From assembly GCA_035913415.1 (NCBI GenBank), contig JAMIIV010000247.1:16551-80550 (forward strand): a DNA stretch of 64,000 nucleotides. The letters are read 5' to 3'. The first letter of the stretch is position 1; the number at the start of each line of letters is the position of its first letter. Both the position numbers and the translations under genes were made by a program. The notes beneath the pieces were generated by a model, which saw nothing but the letters and a program-made list of their open reading frames with translations, was not told the origin of the DNA and did not search any database. Positions 46,199-56,797 of this stretch are shown in pieces. This DNA comes from Fibrobacteria bacterium. GTDB lineage: Bacteria > Fibrobacterota > Fibrobacteria > UBA5070.

Positions 46199-46225
46199 GG
46201 ATGCCATTTTCATCCAAAGGTTACA
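46199..46225 (-). promoter_or_regulatory. Operator site F plus GGTTACA element upstream of the methyltransferase-peptide-rSAM cluster
   Basis: GGATGCCATTTTCATCC-aaa-GGTTACA. Confidence 0.65.
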
Positions 46226-46469
46226 CGCTCTGGTGGCGCATCCGGGATTTCTGCCGCGCCAAGGACACGGCACTTGCCGCCTTTGGTGTCCATGGCGCCA
46301 TCAGGGACCAGGGGGACGCTGGGACGAGCGTTTTCCGATCGGGTGACCTCCGCGTCAAAGGGCGGGGAAGGCGACAACCGAACGTCCGGGCAGGAGATCG
46401 CCAGACTCCAAACCCAACACGCTACGGCCCCGCACCCCTTCGCCTCAGCGTTCCGCCCCCGTCAGGCTC

Positions 46470-47216
46470 TCAGACCGCTCGCGACTCCAGCCATTTCGAA
46501 CGTTCTTCGGCGAGGCGTTTCAGGAGGCGAGCCAGCTCGTGGGGACCTCGAGCCTGGGGGAGGCCCCGGGGCGCCATCCAGGCCCGCTCGGACGAATGCA
46601 CGAACACGCCCAAGCCATGGTCGTGGGCCACCACGAGGGCTTCCAGGTCGGTGCGGTCGTCACCGGAGAAGAACATCCGCGTGGCGCCGCACTCGCGGGC
46701 GATGCGCTCCAAGGCGACCTCCTTGCCGGTGCCCGGAACGAGGATTTCCAGAACTTGTCTCCCGTCGAGGACTTCCAGTCCCGCGCGCTCGGCCTGCTCG
46801 CGCACGTTGCGCAGCCAGCCGACGGGCTCCCCCTCCTTGCGACCACGCCAGTGGAACGCGACCGAGAAGTCCTTGCACTCCCGACGGATTCCGCGCAACA
46901 TCGGAGCGTCGCGGAACGCGACCAGGCGGGGGTCGTCGTCCACCGTGGGGATCGGCGCTCCGGGCCTTTGCAGCAGGCGACCATGGCTTCCCGCCAACCA
47001 CATGGCCTCGTGGCCGGGAATCCTGGCGTGTAGATCCTGCAAATCACGTCCCGACAGGACCGCCAGGACGGTTTCTGGCAAACGCGCCAGCGCCTCCAGC
47101 GCTTCGGCCGCTTTCGGATCGATTACGGCGTTCTCGGGGCGCGAGACGATGGGGGCCAGCGTTCCATCGAAGTCGAGGGCAACAAGCAGGCGCTCGGCTT
47201 GGGCCACGCGTTGCAT
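46470..47216 (-). CDS. otsB: Trehalose-6-phosphate phosphatase (start may be TTG 47225)
   Basis: LDFDGTLAPIV, LSGR, GSHG, GKEVAL, FSGDDRTD. Confidence 0.92.
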   Translation of the reverse strand: MQRVAQAERLLVALDFDGTLAPIVSRPENAVIDPKAAEALEALARLPETVLAVLSGRDLQDLHARIPGHEAMWLAGSHGRLLQRPGAPIPTVDDDPRLVAFRDAPMLRGIRRECKDFSVAFHWRGRKEGEPVGWLRNVREQAERAGLEVLDGRQVLEILVPGTGKEVALERIARECGATRMFFSGDDRTDLEALVVAHDHGLGVFVHSSERAWMAPRGLPQARGPHELARLLKRLAEERSKWLESRAV

Positions 47217-47537
47217 GGAAATCAACGCGAACCTCCAAAGGCGACATGGCGGCAACCGGGTCGCTCGGACGCTTCGGCATGGGCGGTGCACGGATCCGTC
47301 GTCATCCTTAAAAGACTAGAGTCTTCGACCCCACCCCGGAAACCCCTCATTTGCACGGATCGCTCCCAGCGTCACCCTTCCGTCCGTCTTCCGGTTGCCG
47401 ATTCCGCCTTTGGGTGGTAGGTTCGGAAGACGGATCGCGGCACAAGTGCCGATCCCGGCCTCCGATCAAGCGCCAACTCCCCGGCCCCATTGCGGGCCCT
47501 CCCCTGGAACGTCGCTCACCAAACGAGCAGGAGCCGC

Positions 47538-49070
47538 ATGAATCTTCTTCGGAACCTCGTCCGCACCCTGAATGGATTGATGGGAGAAGCCCCATCCACC
47601 TCCTCGACCTCCACGGAACCCTCGCTGGAGACCATCGTCGGCGATCGCAAGCTCATCGTCGTATCCAACCGAGGCCCTATCCAGCACGATCACTCCCCGC
47701 AAGGGGACGTGGTCGCCAAGACCAGCGCCGGAGGACTGGCGACCGCGATGGAGCCCGTCCTGCGCGCCTGCGGAGGAACCTGGGTCTGCCACGGAGGAGG
47801 CAGCGCGGACTTCGAAGTCTCCGACGATCGGGGCAGGTTCGAGGCCGACGGCTACACGTTGCGGCGGGTCCGCATCGACCCAGCGGTGCACGACCGGTAT
47901 TACAACGGCTACGCCAACGGCGCGCTTTGGCCTCTCTTCCACAACGCATTCTCCGAACCGACCTTCCAGGCGTTGGACTGGGACGCCTACCTTGCCGCCA
48001 ACCGCGCCTTCTGCGAGGCGATCCTCGATGAAGCCGGCGACGATCCCTGCCTGGTGCTGGTCAACGACTACCACCTGATGCCGTTGCCGAAGATGCTGCG
48101 GGAATCCGGCAAGGATCTGGCGATCGCCATGTTCTGGCACATCCCCTGGCCCGGCAGGCGCGTCCTGCGCATCTGCCCCAACCAGGAGGAACTCTACGCC
48201 GGCATCCTCGGCGCCGACCTCATCGGCCTCCACGCCCGCGAACATGTCGTGTCCTTCCTGGAAACGATGGACCGCAGCATCGAAGCCTGCGTCGACATCG
48301 AACGGCAGACCGTCGCGCGCAGCGGCCATGTCTCCTTCGTTCGCGACTTTCCCATCAGCATCGACGTCCAGGAAGTCCGCAGCGGAGCGACGGAATCCGA
48401 CTGGAAGACCGACTTTCCCGAACTGGCTTCCGTCGTCGGAGATCGGACCCTTTTCCTGGGTGTGGACAGACTCGATTACACCAAGGGGATCCCCCATCGC
48501 ATCGCCGCCTTCGGAAAGCTTCTGGCCCTTCGCCCCGATCTGCGGGAGAACGCCGTCCTGGTGCAGATCGCCGCCCCCAGCCGCTACGAACTCCCCAGTT
48601 ACAAACGCCTGGCGGTGGAAGTGAGGGAACGCGTCGACGAGATCAACCGACAGTTCGGGACATCGTCCTGGACACCGGTGCATCTGGTGCAGCGCAACTT
48701 CGATCGCCGCCCGCTGTTTCGCCTTTACCGACGCGCCGACGTCATGCTCGTGACCTCGCTGCACGACGGCATGAACCTGGTCTGCAAGGAATACGTCGCG
48801 GCCCGATCCGGTGAGCCGGGAATCCTGGTGCTCAGCCGGTTCACGGGAGCCGCCGACGAATTTCCCGAAGCCTGCATCGTGAATCCCTTCGACATCGACG
48901 GCACGGCCCGTGCTTTGTCCGGCGCCCTGGATCGTTCCCTCGAGGTGCGCCGGGACGATCTGGCCCGCATGGCCGAGCATCTGCGCAAGGCCGATGTCTA
49001 CCACTGGGTGAGATCCTTGCTCACGGGCATGCAGGACGTTCTGGCCCGCAAACGCGCCTCGGCCCCCTGA
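47538..49070 (+). CDS. otsA: Trehalose-6-phosphate synthase (GT20)
   Basis: [61 protein letters not shown]. Confidence 0.95.
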   Translation: MNLLRNLVRTLNGLMGEAPSTSSTSTEPSLETIVGDRKLIVVSNRGPIQHDHSPQGDVVAKTSAGGLATAMEPVLRACGGTWVCHGGGSADFEVSDDRGRFEADGYTLRRVRIDPAVHDRYYNGYANGALWPLFHNAFSEPTFQALDWDAYLAANRAFCEAILDEAGDDPCLVLVNDYHLMPLPKMLRESGKDLAIAMFWHIPWPGRRVLRICPNQEELYAGILGADLIGLHAREHVVSFLETMDRSIEACVDIERQTVARSGHVSFVRDFPISIDVQEVRSGATESDWKTDFPELASVVGDRTLFLGVDRLDYTKGIPHRIAAFGKLLALRPDLRENAVLVQIAAPSRYELPSYKRLAVEVRERVDEINRQFGTSSWTPVHLVQRNFDRRPLFRLYRRADVMLVTSLHDGMNLVCKEYVAARSGEPGILVLSRFTGAADEFPEACIVNPFDIDGTARALSGALDRSLEVRRDDLARMAEHLRKADVYHWVRSLLTGMQDVLARKRASAP

Positions 49071-49077
49071 CCCCACT

Positions 49078-50313
49078 GTGGACGCGAACTCCTACATCAT
49101 CGCCGGCTGCGGCCTGGTCCTGTGTTTCCATCTGGCCGACATCGTCGCACGGAAGATGCGCATTCCCTCCATTCTGTTGCTGCTGGCACTGGGAATGGCT
49201 TCGCGTGCGCTTTCCGGCACCATTCTGCCGGAATTCTCCATCCCCGACCAGCTCCTCCAGACCCTGGGACTCGTCGGACTGGCACTCATCGTCCTGGAAG
49301 GCTCGATGGCCTTGCGCTGGCGCTCGGACAGTGCCCCCACGTTCCTGCGCGCCACCATCTCGGCTGCCCTGGGAATGGTCGGATTCCTCGCACTGGCCGC
49401 CCCCATCTTCCACTGGCTGTGGGACGTCCCTTGGCGTCTGGCCCTCCTGAACGCCACACCCCTGGCGGTGATCTCCAGCGCCATCGCCATCCCCAGCGCC
49501 TCGCGATTGCCCACCGCCGAACGCGAATTCGTCTCCATCGAAAGCTCCATCTCGGACATTCTCGGGGTGATGATCTTCAACGCCCTTCTGCTTCCCACCG
49601 CGCTGGGCATCGCCACCCTGGGTCGGATCGCGTGGAGTTCGGCGCTGGTCGCCGTCGCTTCATTGGTTCTGGTCGCCATTCTGTTTCGCATCCTCAGGTC
49701 TTCCACCCACCACGTGCGCTTCATTCCCCTGTTGGCCCTGATCCTCCTCTTCTTCGCCCTGGGCAAGGAACTGCACCTGCCCTCCCTGCTGCTTGTCTTC
49801 CTGTTCGGCCTGGCCTTCGCGAACCTGAGCCACCTGGGGCCCGGCCCCCTGCGCGAATGGCTGCTGCGCGAGGAATTCGAAGACGACGCCAAGCTCCTGG
49901 AGTCCATCGTGGCCGAACTCGCCTTCCTGGTCCGGACCCTCTTCTTCTTCCTGTTCGGCTTCTCCCTCGATCTGACCACCCTCATGCACCCCACCGCCTG
50001 GGCCGCGGGTGCGGGAACGCTCTGCGTCGTCTACCTGGCGCGCCTTGTGGCGCTGCGCGTCAGCCGTTCCCCGCGCTCGCGAACCCTTCTGGTCATCGCG
50101 CCTCGCGGCTTGATCACGGTGTTGCTCATGTCGATGATCCCCGCCGCGTGGGCCATCCCGGAGCTCGCCGACGGGCCGGTGCTGATCGTGATCCTGGGCA
50201 GCACGCTCGCCCTGGCACTTGGAGGGCGCAAGGTCGCCGAGGGCGCGAGCATTCCTTCCCTCGACGAGATCCTGCCCCACGGCCCCTTCCTCCCCAAAGG
50301 ACGGACCAAGTGA
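49078..50313 (+). CDS. Cation:proton antiporter (CPA1-like)
   Basis: [44 protein letters not shown]; about 12 TM segments. Confidence 0.8.
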   Translation: MDANSYIIAGCGLVLCFHLADIVARKMRIPSILLLLALGMASRALSGTILPEFSIPDQLLQTLGLVGLALIVLEGSMALRWRSDSAPTFLRATISAALGMVGFLALAAPIFHWLWDVPWRLALLNATPLAVISSAIAIPSASRLPTAEREFVSIESSISDILGVMIFNALLLPTALGIATLGRIAWSSALVAVASLVLVAILFRILRSSTHHVRFIPLLALILLFFALGKELHLPSLLLVFLFGLAFANLSHLGPGPLREWLLREEFEDDAKLLESIVAELAFLVRTLFFFLFGFSLDLTTLMHPTAWAAGAGTLCVVYLARLVALRVSRSPRSRTLLVIAPRGLITVLLMSMIPAAWAIPELADGPVLIVILGSTLALALGGRKVAEGASIPSLDEILPHGPFLPKGRTK

Positions 50314-50330
50314 ACGGAAGGAGCGCATCC

Positions 50331-53300
50331 ATGACCATCAACGGAATCCGTCAGGCCGACGACGAGCTGTGGTACAAGGACGCCGTGATCTACGAGGTGC
50401 ACGTACGGGCCTTCCAGGACACCAACGGCGACGGCAGCGGGGACTTTCGCGGCCTGCGCAACAGGCTCCCCTGGCTGAAGGAGCTGGGCGTCACCTGCCT
50501 GTGGCTTTTGCCGTTCTACCCCTCGCCGTTGCGCGACGACGGCTACGACATCGCCGACTACACGTCCGTCCACCCCGACTACGGGACCCTCAAGGACTTC
50601 CGGGCCTTCCTGAAGGAGGCCCACCGCCTGGGGCTGAAGGTGATCACCGAGCTGGTGATCAACCACACCTCCGACCAGCACCCCTGGTTCCAGCGCGCCC
50701 GCCGCGCCGCCCCCGGATCGGCGGCCCGCAACTGGTACGTCTGGAGCGACGACCCCCAGCGCTACGACGGAACCCGGATCATCTTCACCGACACCGAACC
50801 CTCGAACTGGAGCTGGGACCCGGTGGCCGGCCAGTACTTCTGGCACCGGTTCTTCGCCCACCAGCCCGACCTCAACTTCGACCATCCCCCGGTCCTGCGG
50901 GCGGTCGAGAAGATCCTGCGGTTCTGGCTGGACATGGGAGTCGACGGGATGCGCCTGGACGCGGTCCCCTACCTGATCGAGCGCGAGGGAACCAACTGCG
51001 AGAACCTGCCGGAAACCCACGCGATCCTCCGGAGCCTCCGGGCCGTGGCAGACTCCTACACCCCGCGCCGGATCTTCCTCGCCGAAGCCAACCAATGGCC
51101 CCAGGACGTGGTCGCCTACTTCGGAAACGGCGACGAGTGCCACATGGCCTACCAGTTCCCCCTGATGCCGCGCCTGTTCATGGCCCTGGCGCAGGAGGAC
51201 GCCCACCCCGTCGCCGAGATCCTGTCCCTGACGCCGTCCGTCCCCGACGGCTGCCAGTGGGCGCTCTTCCTGCGCAACCACGACGAACTCACCCTCGAGA
51301 TGGTCACCGACCGCGAGCGCGACTACATGTACCGCGCGTACGCATCCGATCCGCGCATGCGCATCAATGTCGGAATCCGACGCCGGCTCGCGCCCCTGGT
51401 GGGCAACAGCCGACCGCGCATCGAGCTCCTCAACGCCCTGCTGCTCTCGCTCCCGGGCACCCCCGTGATCTACTACGGTGACGAGATCGGCATGGGAGAC
51501 AACATCTGGCTTGGCGACCGCAACGGCGTCCGCACGCCCATGCAGTGGTCGGGCGACCGCAACGCGGGATTCTCCAAGGCGGACTCAGCCCGTCTGTTCA
51601 GCCCCCTGGTGGCCGACGGTCCGTGGGGATGGCAGGGCCTGAACGTCGAATCCCAGGAGCGGGACATCTCGTCGCTCCTGCACTGGATGCGACGGATCCT
51701 GTCGCTGCGGGGATCGTCCCGGGCCTTCGGCCGGGGAACGCTCCGGTTCGTCGAGACCTCCAACCGCCGCATCCTGGCCTACCTGCGGGAACACGAGGGC
51801 GAGACCATCCTCGTCGTGGCCAACTTCTCGCGCCATCCCCAACCCGCCTCGCTGCAGCTTCCCGATCTGGCGGGCCGCCTTCCCGTCGAGATGTTCGGTG
51901 GGGCACGCTTCCCGCCGCTGGGTACCGACGACTGGCCGCTCTCCCTGGCCCCGCACGGGTTCTACTGGTTCCGGCTCGAGTCGGCCTCGACCGGTCCTGT
52001 GGGAGCCGTCCCCACTCGCAGGAGCGCACCCAGCCCCCAGGTGGTGGAGGTGGAAGGAGCGGCGGGAGCCTGGTGGCACGACCGCGCCGCATTGCTGCGC
52101 CTGCAGGAAGCCTCGTTGCCATCCTGGTTGCACTCCCGCCCCTGGTATGCCGGCCCCGAGGACACGTTCTCCGCCTGCATCCTGCGCGACCCTACGCCGC
52201 TACGCGGCGCCGTGGTCGCGGCCGTGATCGAGACCCGACGCCGGACGGGAGGCGAGGGCCCTCGGTTCGCGCAGATGCTGGCGATGACCTCCGGAGACGA
52301 GGCCGAAACAGTCCTGCGCCGCTCGCCGGAATCCGTCGTGGCGCGCCTGCGCGGCGCCGACGGTTCGGAGGGTCTCCTGTGCGACGCCCTGGCGGTCCCT
52401 TCGGGACTCGACGAGATCGTGTCCGCGCTGCGCGAGTCCATCGCCGCGGGCGATTTCCGGTGCGACAGCACCGATGCGGACGAGTGGAGCGCCGCGGAAG
52501 CCACGTCCGCGCAATTGTCCGGACGGCACCCCATCGCCCAACTGGGAGACAGGATCCTCAAGATCTTCCCCCGTCTCCACCCAGGTCCGCACCCGGGGGA
52601 AGAAATCCTGCGCCACTTGCAGTCGCGTGGCTTCGCCTGGACGCCCCGGGTGCTCGGATCGATCCGCTCCGGCTCCGACGGCCGCCTCTTCGGTCTGCTG
52701 ATGGAGCGTCGCGCCCATCAGGGCAAGGCCGACGAGCGTTTCCGGGAAACCTGCCAGGTCCGTTTGGAAGGTCTGCTCGCGGGAACCCAGGGCGACGAAG
52801 CCCTGCTGCCCGCGCTCGAGCAAGCTCGAAGGCTTGGACAGCGGGTCGCCGAGCTCCATGCCTGCCTCGCCGAAGGGGCCATCGAAGACGGCTTCGGCAC
52901 CCTCCCTCTGGATCCTGCCGCCGTCGCGCGCCTGGTGTCGGAACTGCACCGCCGCCTGGGCAAGTTCGACGTCCGTGGTCTCGCCAACGCAGGTTTTCAG
53001 GAAGTATTGGCCAGCAGGCGGGACGACCTGAACCTCTTGCTCTCGCGACCCGTCGTCACGCATGAGCAAGACGTACGCATCCGGTGCCATGGCGACCTCC
53101 ATCTTGGACAGATCCTCTGGGAGCGCAACGACTTCGTCTTCCTCGACTTCGAAGGCGAGCCGCTCTCGCCCCCGGAACGTCGACGCAACCATTTCCATCC
53201 GGCCAAGGATCTTTCCGCGTTGCGGGTCTCCCTGGCGATGTTGGCCTTCGACGCCCGCGCGAAGGTTTCCTCGACCCTCCAGGATGCCATCCTCGATCAA

Positions 53301-53510
53301 GGCACCCTCGAATGGATCGAACGGACATGGTCCGCCCTGCGAGACGGCTACGCCTCGGGCGAACGACCCGCCCCCCTGTCGCCCCCGGAGGCAGGTGCCC
53401 CCCTGTTCCAGTTGCACACCCTGGGACGCCTCCTGGGCCTGGCCTCGTCGGGACGTATTTCCGCCGAGCGTTTCGGGAAACTCCTGGAGCTCCTCATCCT
53501 GCACCCCTGA
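50331..53510 (+). CDS. treS: Trehalose synthase (maltose alpha-D-glucosyltransferase) fused to a maltokinase-like domain
   Basis: [43 protein letters not shown]; C-terminal [16 protein letters not shown]. Confidence 0.93.
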   Translation: MTINGIRQADDELWYKDAVIYEVHVRAFQDTNGDGSGDFRGLRNRLPWLKELGVTCLWLLPFYPSPLRDDGYDIADYTSVHPDYGTLKDFRAFLKEAHRLGLKVITELVINHTSDQHPWFQRARRAAPGSAARNWYVWSDDPQRYDGTRIIFTDTEPSNWSWDPVAGQYFWHRFFAHQPDLNFDHPPVLRAVEKILRFWLDMGVDGMRLDAVPYLIEREGTNCENLPETHAILRSLRAVADSYTPRRIFLAEANQWPQDVVAYFGNGDECHMAYQFPLMPRLFMALAQEDAHPVAEILSLTPSVPDGCQWALFLRNHDELTLEMVTDRERDYMYRAYASDPRMRINVGIRRRLAPLVGNSRPRIELLNALLLSLPGTPVIYYGDEIGMGDNIWLGDRNGVRTPMQWSGDRNAGFSKADSARLFSPLVADGPWGWQGLNVESQERDISSLLHWMRRILSLRGSSRAFGRGTLRFVETSNRRILAYLREHEGETILVVANFSRHPQPASLQLPDLAGRLPVEMFGGARFPPLGTDDWPLSLAPHGFYWFRLESASTGPVGAVPTRRSAPSPQVVEVEGAAGAWWHDRAALLRLQEASLPSWLHSRPWYAGPEDTFSACILRDPTPLRGAVVAAVIETRRRTGGEGPRFAQMLAMTSGDEAETVLRRSPESVVARLRGADGSEGLLCDALAVPSGLDEIVSALRESIAAGDFRCDSTDADEWSAAEATSAQLSGRHPIAQLGDRILKIFPRLHPGPHPGEEILRHLQSRGFAWTPRVLGSIRSGSDGRLFGLLMERRAHQGKADERFRETCQVRLEGLLAGTQGDEALLPALEQARRLGQRVAELHACLAEGAIEDGFGTLPLDPAAVARLVSELHRRLGKFDVRGLANAGFQEVLASRRDDLNLLLSRPVVTHEQDVRIRCHGDLHLGQILWERNDFVFLDFEGEPLSPPERRRNHFHPAKDLSALRVSLAMLAFDARAKVSSTLQDAILDQGTLEWIERTWSALRDGYASGERPAPLSPPEAGAPLFQLHTLGRLLGLASSGRISAERFGKLLELLILHP

Positions 53511-53585
53511 TCCGATGGTTGCACGGATCGCCGGAACCTTGTAGTTCAAGCAGTACACCTTCGCCGTCTCGACACCGGAGAATCC

Positions 53586-54839
53586 ATGACACCGTCCGCG
53601 CTGCAGCTCACAGCCCTTGTCCTCTTCGCCCTGGCCTTGGTGCACGTGTTTTCGGCCTCGAAGATCGAGCGCCTGGCCACACGTTTCCCGTCCCATTCGG
53701 GGATTCTCCATCTCCTCGGCGAGATCGAGGTCGTTTTCGGCTTCTGGGCTGCCATCCTGTTCGGCGCCCACGTCCTGCTGGTGGGATCTGGACCCGCCAT
53801 CGCCCACCTGGAGGGCCTGAACTTCCACGAACCGATGTTCGTGTTCGTCATCATGGTGGTCGCCGGATGCCGCCCCGTGCTCCACGCGGCCTCGCGGCTG
53901 GTCGAGACCCTCTCCCGTCTGCTGCCCTTGCCGGCCGGCATCTCCTTCGCATTGGTCACGCTGGGGGTGGCACCACTGCTGGGCTCGTTGATCACCGAAC
54001 CCGCCGCGATGACCGTCGCCGCATTGCTTCTGCGCGACCGCATCTTCGCCGACGCCACCTCCACGCGCCTGCGCTTCGCGGCCTTGGCGGTCCTGTTCGT
54101 CAACATCTCGATCGGTGGCGTGCTCACCAGCTACGCGGCCCCTCCGGTCCTGATGGTCGCCGGCCCCTGGGGATGGGACAGCGCCCACATGATGAGCCAC
54201 TTCGGGATTCGCGCCGTCATCGCCGTGGCCATCAACGCCACGCTCTTCGTGATCCTGTTCCGGAAGGAACTGAGCGCCCTCGGGCCCGCCGAACCCTCCA
54301 CCCGCCAAGCTCCTCCGTGGAGCCTGATTCTCACCCACCTGGCCTTGGTCGCCGCGGTGGTCGTCGCCTCGCACCACACGGTCCTGTTCGTGGCCATCTT
54401 CCTGTTCTTCCTCGGTCTGGTGCAGGCCTACAAACGCCACCACTCCCCGTTGCTTCTGCGCGAGGCGCTGCTGGTCGCGTTCTTCCTCGGAGGCCTGGTC
54501 GTGTTGGGCTCGCCGCAAGGGTGGTGGCTCTCGCCTCTGGTCTCCGGGCTGAGCGACAAACTCCTGTTCGTGGGTGCCGCGGGCCTCACCGCCGTGGTCG
54601 ACAACGCCGCACTGACCTACTTGGGCTCGCTCCTTCCGGAGACCTCCGATTCGTTCCGCTACCACCTGGTGGCCGGTGCCGTGGCGGGTGGCGGCTTGAC
54701 CGTGATCGCCAACGCCCCCAACCCCGCAGGGGCCAGCATCCTGCGCGAACGTCTCCCAGGGGGAGTGGTCGCACCGGGCAAGCTCTTTCTGGCCGCACTG
54801 CCCCCCACGATCGTCGCCCTCGTCGCCTTCGGACTCTGA
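53586..54839 (+). CDS. Putative Na+/H+ antiporter (DUF1504 family)
   Basis: LLGEIEVVFG.W, GSLITEPAAMT, NISIGG.LT.YAAPP, DNAALTY, GGGLTVIANAPNPAG. Confidence 0.85.
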   Translation: MTPSALQLTALVLFALALVHVFSASKIERLATRFPSHSGILHLLGEIEVVFGFWAAILFGAHVLLVGSGPAIAHLEGLNFHEPMFVFVIMVVAGCRPVLHAASRLVETLSRLLPLPAGISFALVTLGVAPLLGSLITEPAAMTVAALLLRDRIFADATSTRLRFAALAVLFVNISIGGVLTSYAAPPVLMVAGPWGWDSAHMMSHFGIRAVIAVAINATLFVILFRKELSALGPAEPSTRQAPPWSLILTHLALVAAVVVASHHTVLFVAIFLFFLGLVQAYKRHHSPLLLREALLVAFFLGGLVVLGSPQGWWLSPLVSGLSDKLLFVGAAGLTAVVDNAALTYLGSLLPETSDSFRYHLVAGAVAGGGLTVIANAPNPAGASILRERLPGGVVAPGKLFLAALPPTIVALVAFGL

Positions 54840-54854
54840 CCGCCCCCAACGCAA

Positions 54855-54880
54855 AAGCGCCCTGACTTAGCAGGGCGCTT
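54855..54880. terminator. Probable bidirectional terminator hairpin between convergent genes
   Basis: aagcgccctg-acttag-cagggcgctt with an A-run on the left. Confidence 0.65.
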
Positions 54881-54907
54881 GGAATACATCAGGCTCCTGA
54901 GACGAAC

Positions 54908-55333
54908 TCAGCGATTGCGGCCGCCGCCTTTGCCGCCGTGGCCTTTGCCCTGACCACCGCCCTGGCCACCTTTGCAGCCCTTGCCCTCGCCGTTGCCGGC
55001 ACCCTTGCGGGCGTGTCCCATGCCTTCACCGCGTGGGCCCTTGCCCGCGGGCAAACCGAGTTCGGTGCGCAGTCGGTCGGCTTCGGCGGTGTTGCCGGCC
55101 TTCATCGCTTCGTGCATTTGAGCGTAGGTCGTGAAATTCTCGGCGGTGACCTTGTCGCCCGCGCGGCCCTTGCCGCCCCAGGCGTCGTGTTCGGCCTTCC
55201 AGGCCTGGTAGTCGCGCGCCGAAATGGCCGACTCGATGCGAGCCCTGTGGGCATCGCGATCGGAAACGGCGGTGGTATCAGCGGCATTTGCCGAAAGAGC
55301 GGCCAGCATCAGGATCCAGGTGAGGTGTTTCAT
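54908..55333 (-). CDS. Hypothetical secreted protein with Gly/Lys-rich tail
   Basis: Signal peptide MKHLTWILMLAALSANA; helical core; G/K-rich C-terminus; AAGGA RBS. Confidence 0.75.
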   Translation of the reverse strand: MKHLTWILMLAALSANAADTTAVSDRDAHRARIESAISARDYQAWKAEHDAWGGKGRAGDKVTAENFTTYAQMHEAMKAGNTAEADRLRTELGLPAGKGPRGEGMGHARKGAGNGEGKGCKGGQGGGQGKGHGGKGGGRNR

Positions 55334-55406
55334 GGTCTGTTCCTTGGGTTGTGTGGAGTGGACCGAGGGTTCCTGCCTGTAGTACGCGACACAAACCCCG
55401 GAACTT

Positions 55407-56111
55407 TCACCAACCGCGATTTTTTCTTCCCTCGTGTGCACCCTGCCGCAACGAACCACCCGCGCCATCACCCGGAGCGGGCTTCCAGTTGCGCACCACG
55501 AAGACGGAGTCGGGCCCCACCGTTCCGTTCAGACGCACCGGCCCCATGGGAGCGAGATCCGACGAATCGTTCCAGACCAGGAGCCATCGGCGTCCGTCGA
55601 CGGCCAGGAATCCTTGGGTGTCCAGCCTGCCTGCCAATCGCCCCGCCGCCGGGTCATGCCAAGCATCCAAGGCCCGCGCCTGCCAGACCGTGCGGTACGC
55701 CGGCACCAGATGGGCCAGAGTCCGATGCACCCGCACCAGGCCATCGACCCGCTCCAGGATGAACCCGGACGCCAGCCCCGTAGACACGATGCCCAGGATC
55801 ACGATCCACGGACGCAATCGCCACGCACGCGGCAGCTCCCGAAACAGAAGCCATGCCCCCCAGATACACGCCACCGAGGTGAACGACCACACCCAGGGCG
55901 CAAGGCGCGCAAACAGCGCCCGAGCGATCCACCCGGGACCACGATGTTCGTGGAGTTCCTGGAACAGCAGGGCCGACGACACACAAAGCAACACCAGCAC
56001 GAGCACGAACAGCCCCAAGCGGAACAGCCGCCGGGCCAATACGATCCAGCGCGGAACGGGCCGGATCTTCTCGGCGTGGATGCGGCCCAGTAGACGATCG
56101 GCGTGATCCAT
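55407..56111 (-). CDS. Hypothetical membrane protein, possible anti-sigma factor
   Basis: Directly downstream of the ECF sigma gene; 3 TM segments plus a soluble C-terminal domain. Confidence 0.65.
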   Translation of the reverse strand: MDHADRLLGRIHAEKIRPVPRWIVLARRLFRLGLFVLVLVLLCVSSALLFQELHEHRGPGWIARALFARLAPWVWSFTSVACIWGAWLLFRELPRAWRLRPWIVILGIVSTGLASGFILERVDGLVRVHRTLAHLVPAYRTVWQARALDAWHDPAAGRLAGRLDTQGFLAVDGRRWLLVWNDSSDLAPMGPVRLNGTVGPDSVFVVRNWKPAPGDGAGGSLRQGAHEGRKNRGW

Positions 56112-56678
56112 TCAGTCCCCCCTGTCCAGATGCAATCCGCGGGCGCGGGCGGCCAACGCGAAGGCCTCGCGCGCACGGCGCACCTGCGTCGCGATGGTGT
56201 TGGCGTTGCGGTGCAGGATGTCACCGATCTCCTCGTAGCTCTTGTCTTCCAGAAAGCGCAGGACGAACACGTCGCGCAACACCGGAGACAACCCCTGGAG
56301 GATCTCGCGGATGGCAGTGGATTGCTCGGCGGCTTCGAGAGGGGCATCGGTGCGCAATCCGTTCGGAACGAAGAGGGCTTCGTCGAGCTCCACGGTGGGC
56401 TCCTGCCGGGCGTGGCTGCGGATTCCCGAGACCATGACATTGTGCACGATGCGGAAGATCCAGCTCGAGAACCGCAGGCCTGCGTCGAAGGAGTGAATGT
56501 TCCGGTAGACGCGTACGAAGGTCTCCTGGAGCAGGTCATCCACATCGGGAGCGCACGACCAGCAGCGCCGCAGCACGTAGCGCCGCAGCGGTTCCTGCCA
56601 ACGCCGCACCAGGACGACGAGCGCCTGCTCGTCTCCGTGTGCCACGCGCGCGGCCAGTTGTTCGTCGGTGGGATCCAT
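56112..56678 (-). CDS. ECF-family RNA polymerase sigma factor
   Basis: DEQL.....GD..A...LV, DDLLQETFVRVY, FSSWIFRIVHN, VFVLRFLEDKSYEEI..IL....TI.TQV.RA. Confidence 0.92.
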   Translation of the reverse strand: MDPTDEQLAARVAHGDEQALVVLVRRWQEPLRRYVLRRCWSCAPDVDDLLQETFVRVYRNIHSFDAGLRFSSWIFRIVHNVMVSGIRSHARQEPTVELDEALFVPNGLRTDAPLEAAEQSTAIREILQGLSPVLRDVFVLRFLEDKSYEEIGDILHRNANTIATQVRRAREAFALAARARGLHLDRGD

Positions 56679-56797
56679 CTTGTTCGTTACAGGGTACGCT
56701 TGTGGAACCACTTTTCTTTCACCAGACCCGAAATAATTCGCTCGTCCCCAGCGTATGAGTCGTTACAAGCCCCATCCGCCCTCCAAGGGAGTCCTCC

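Noticed and set aside
49122-50330. 1462-aa ORF as a single giant TreS
   Set aside because: The first ~400 codons overlap the antiporter in another frame and are Arg/Pro-rich; the real start is the ATG at 50331 with a GGAG RBS
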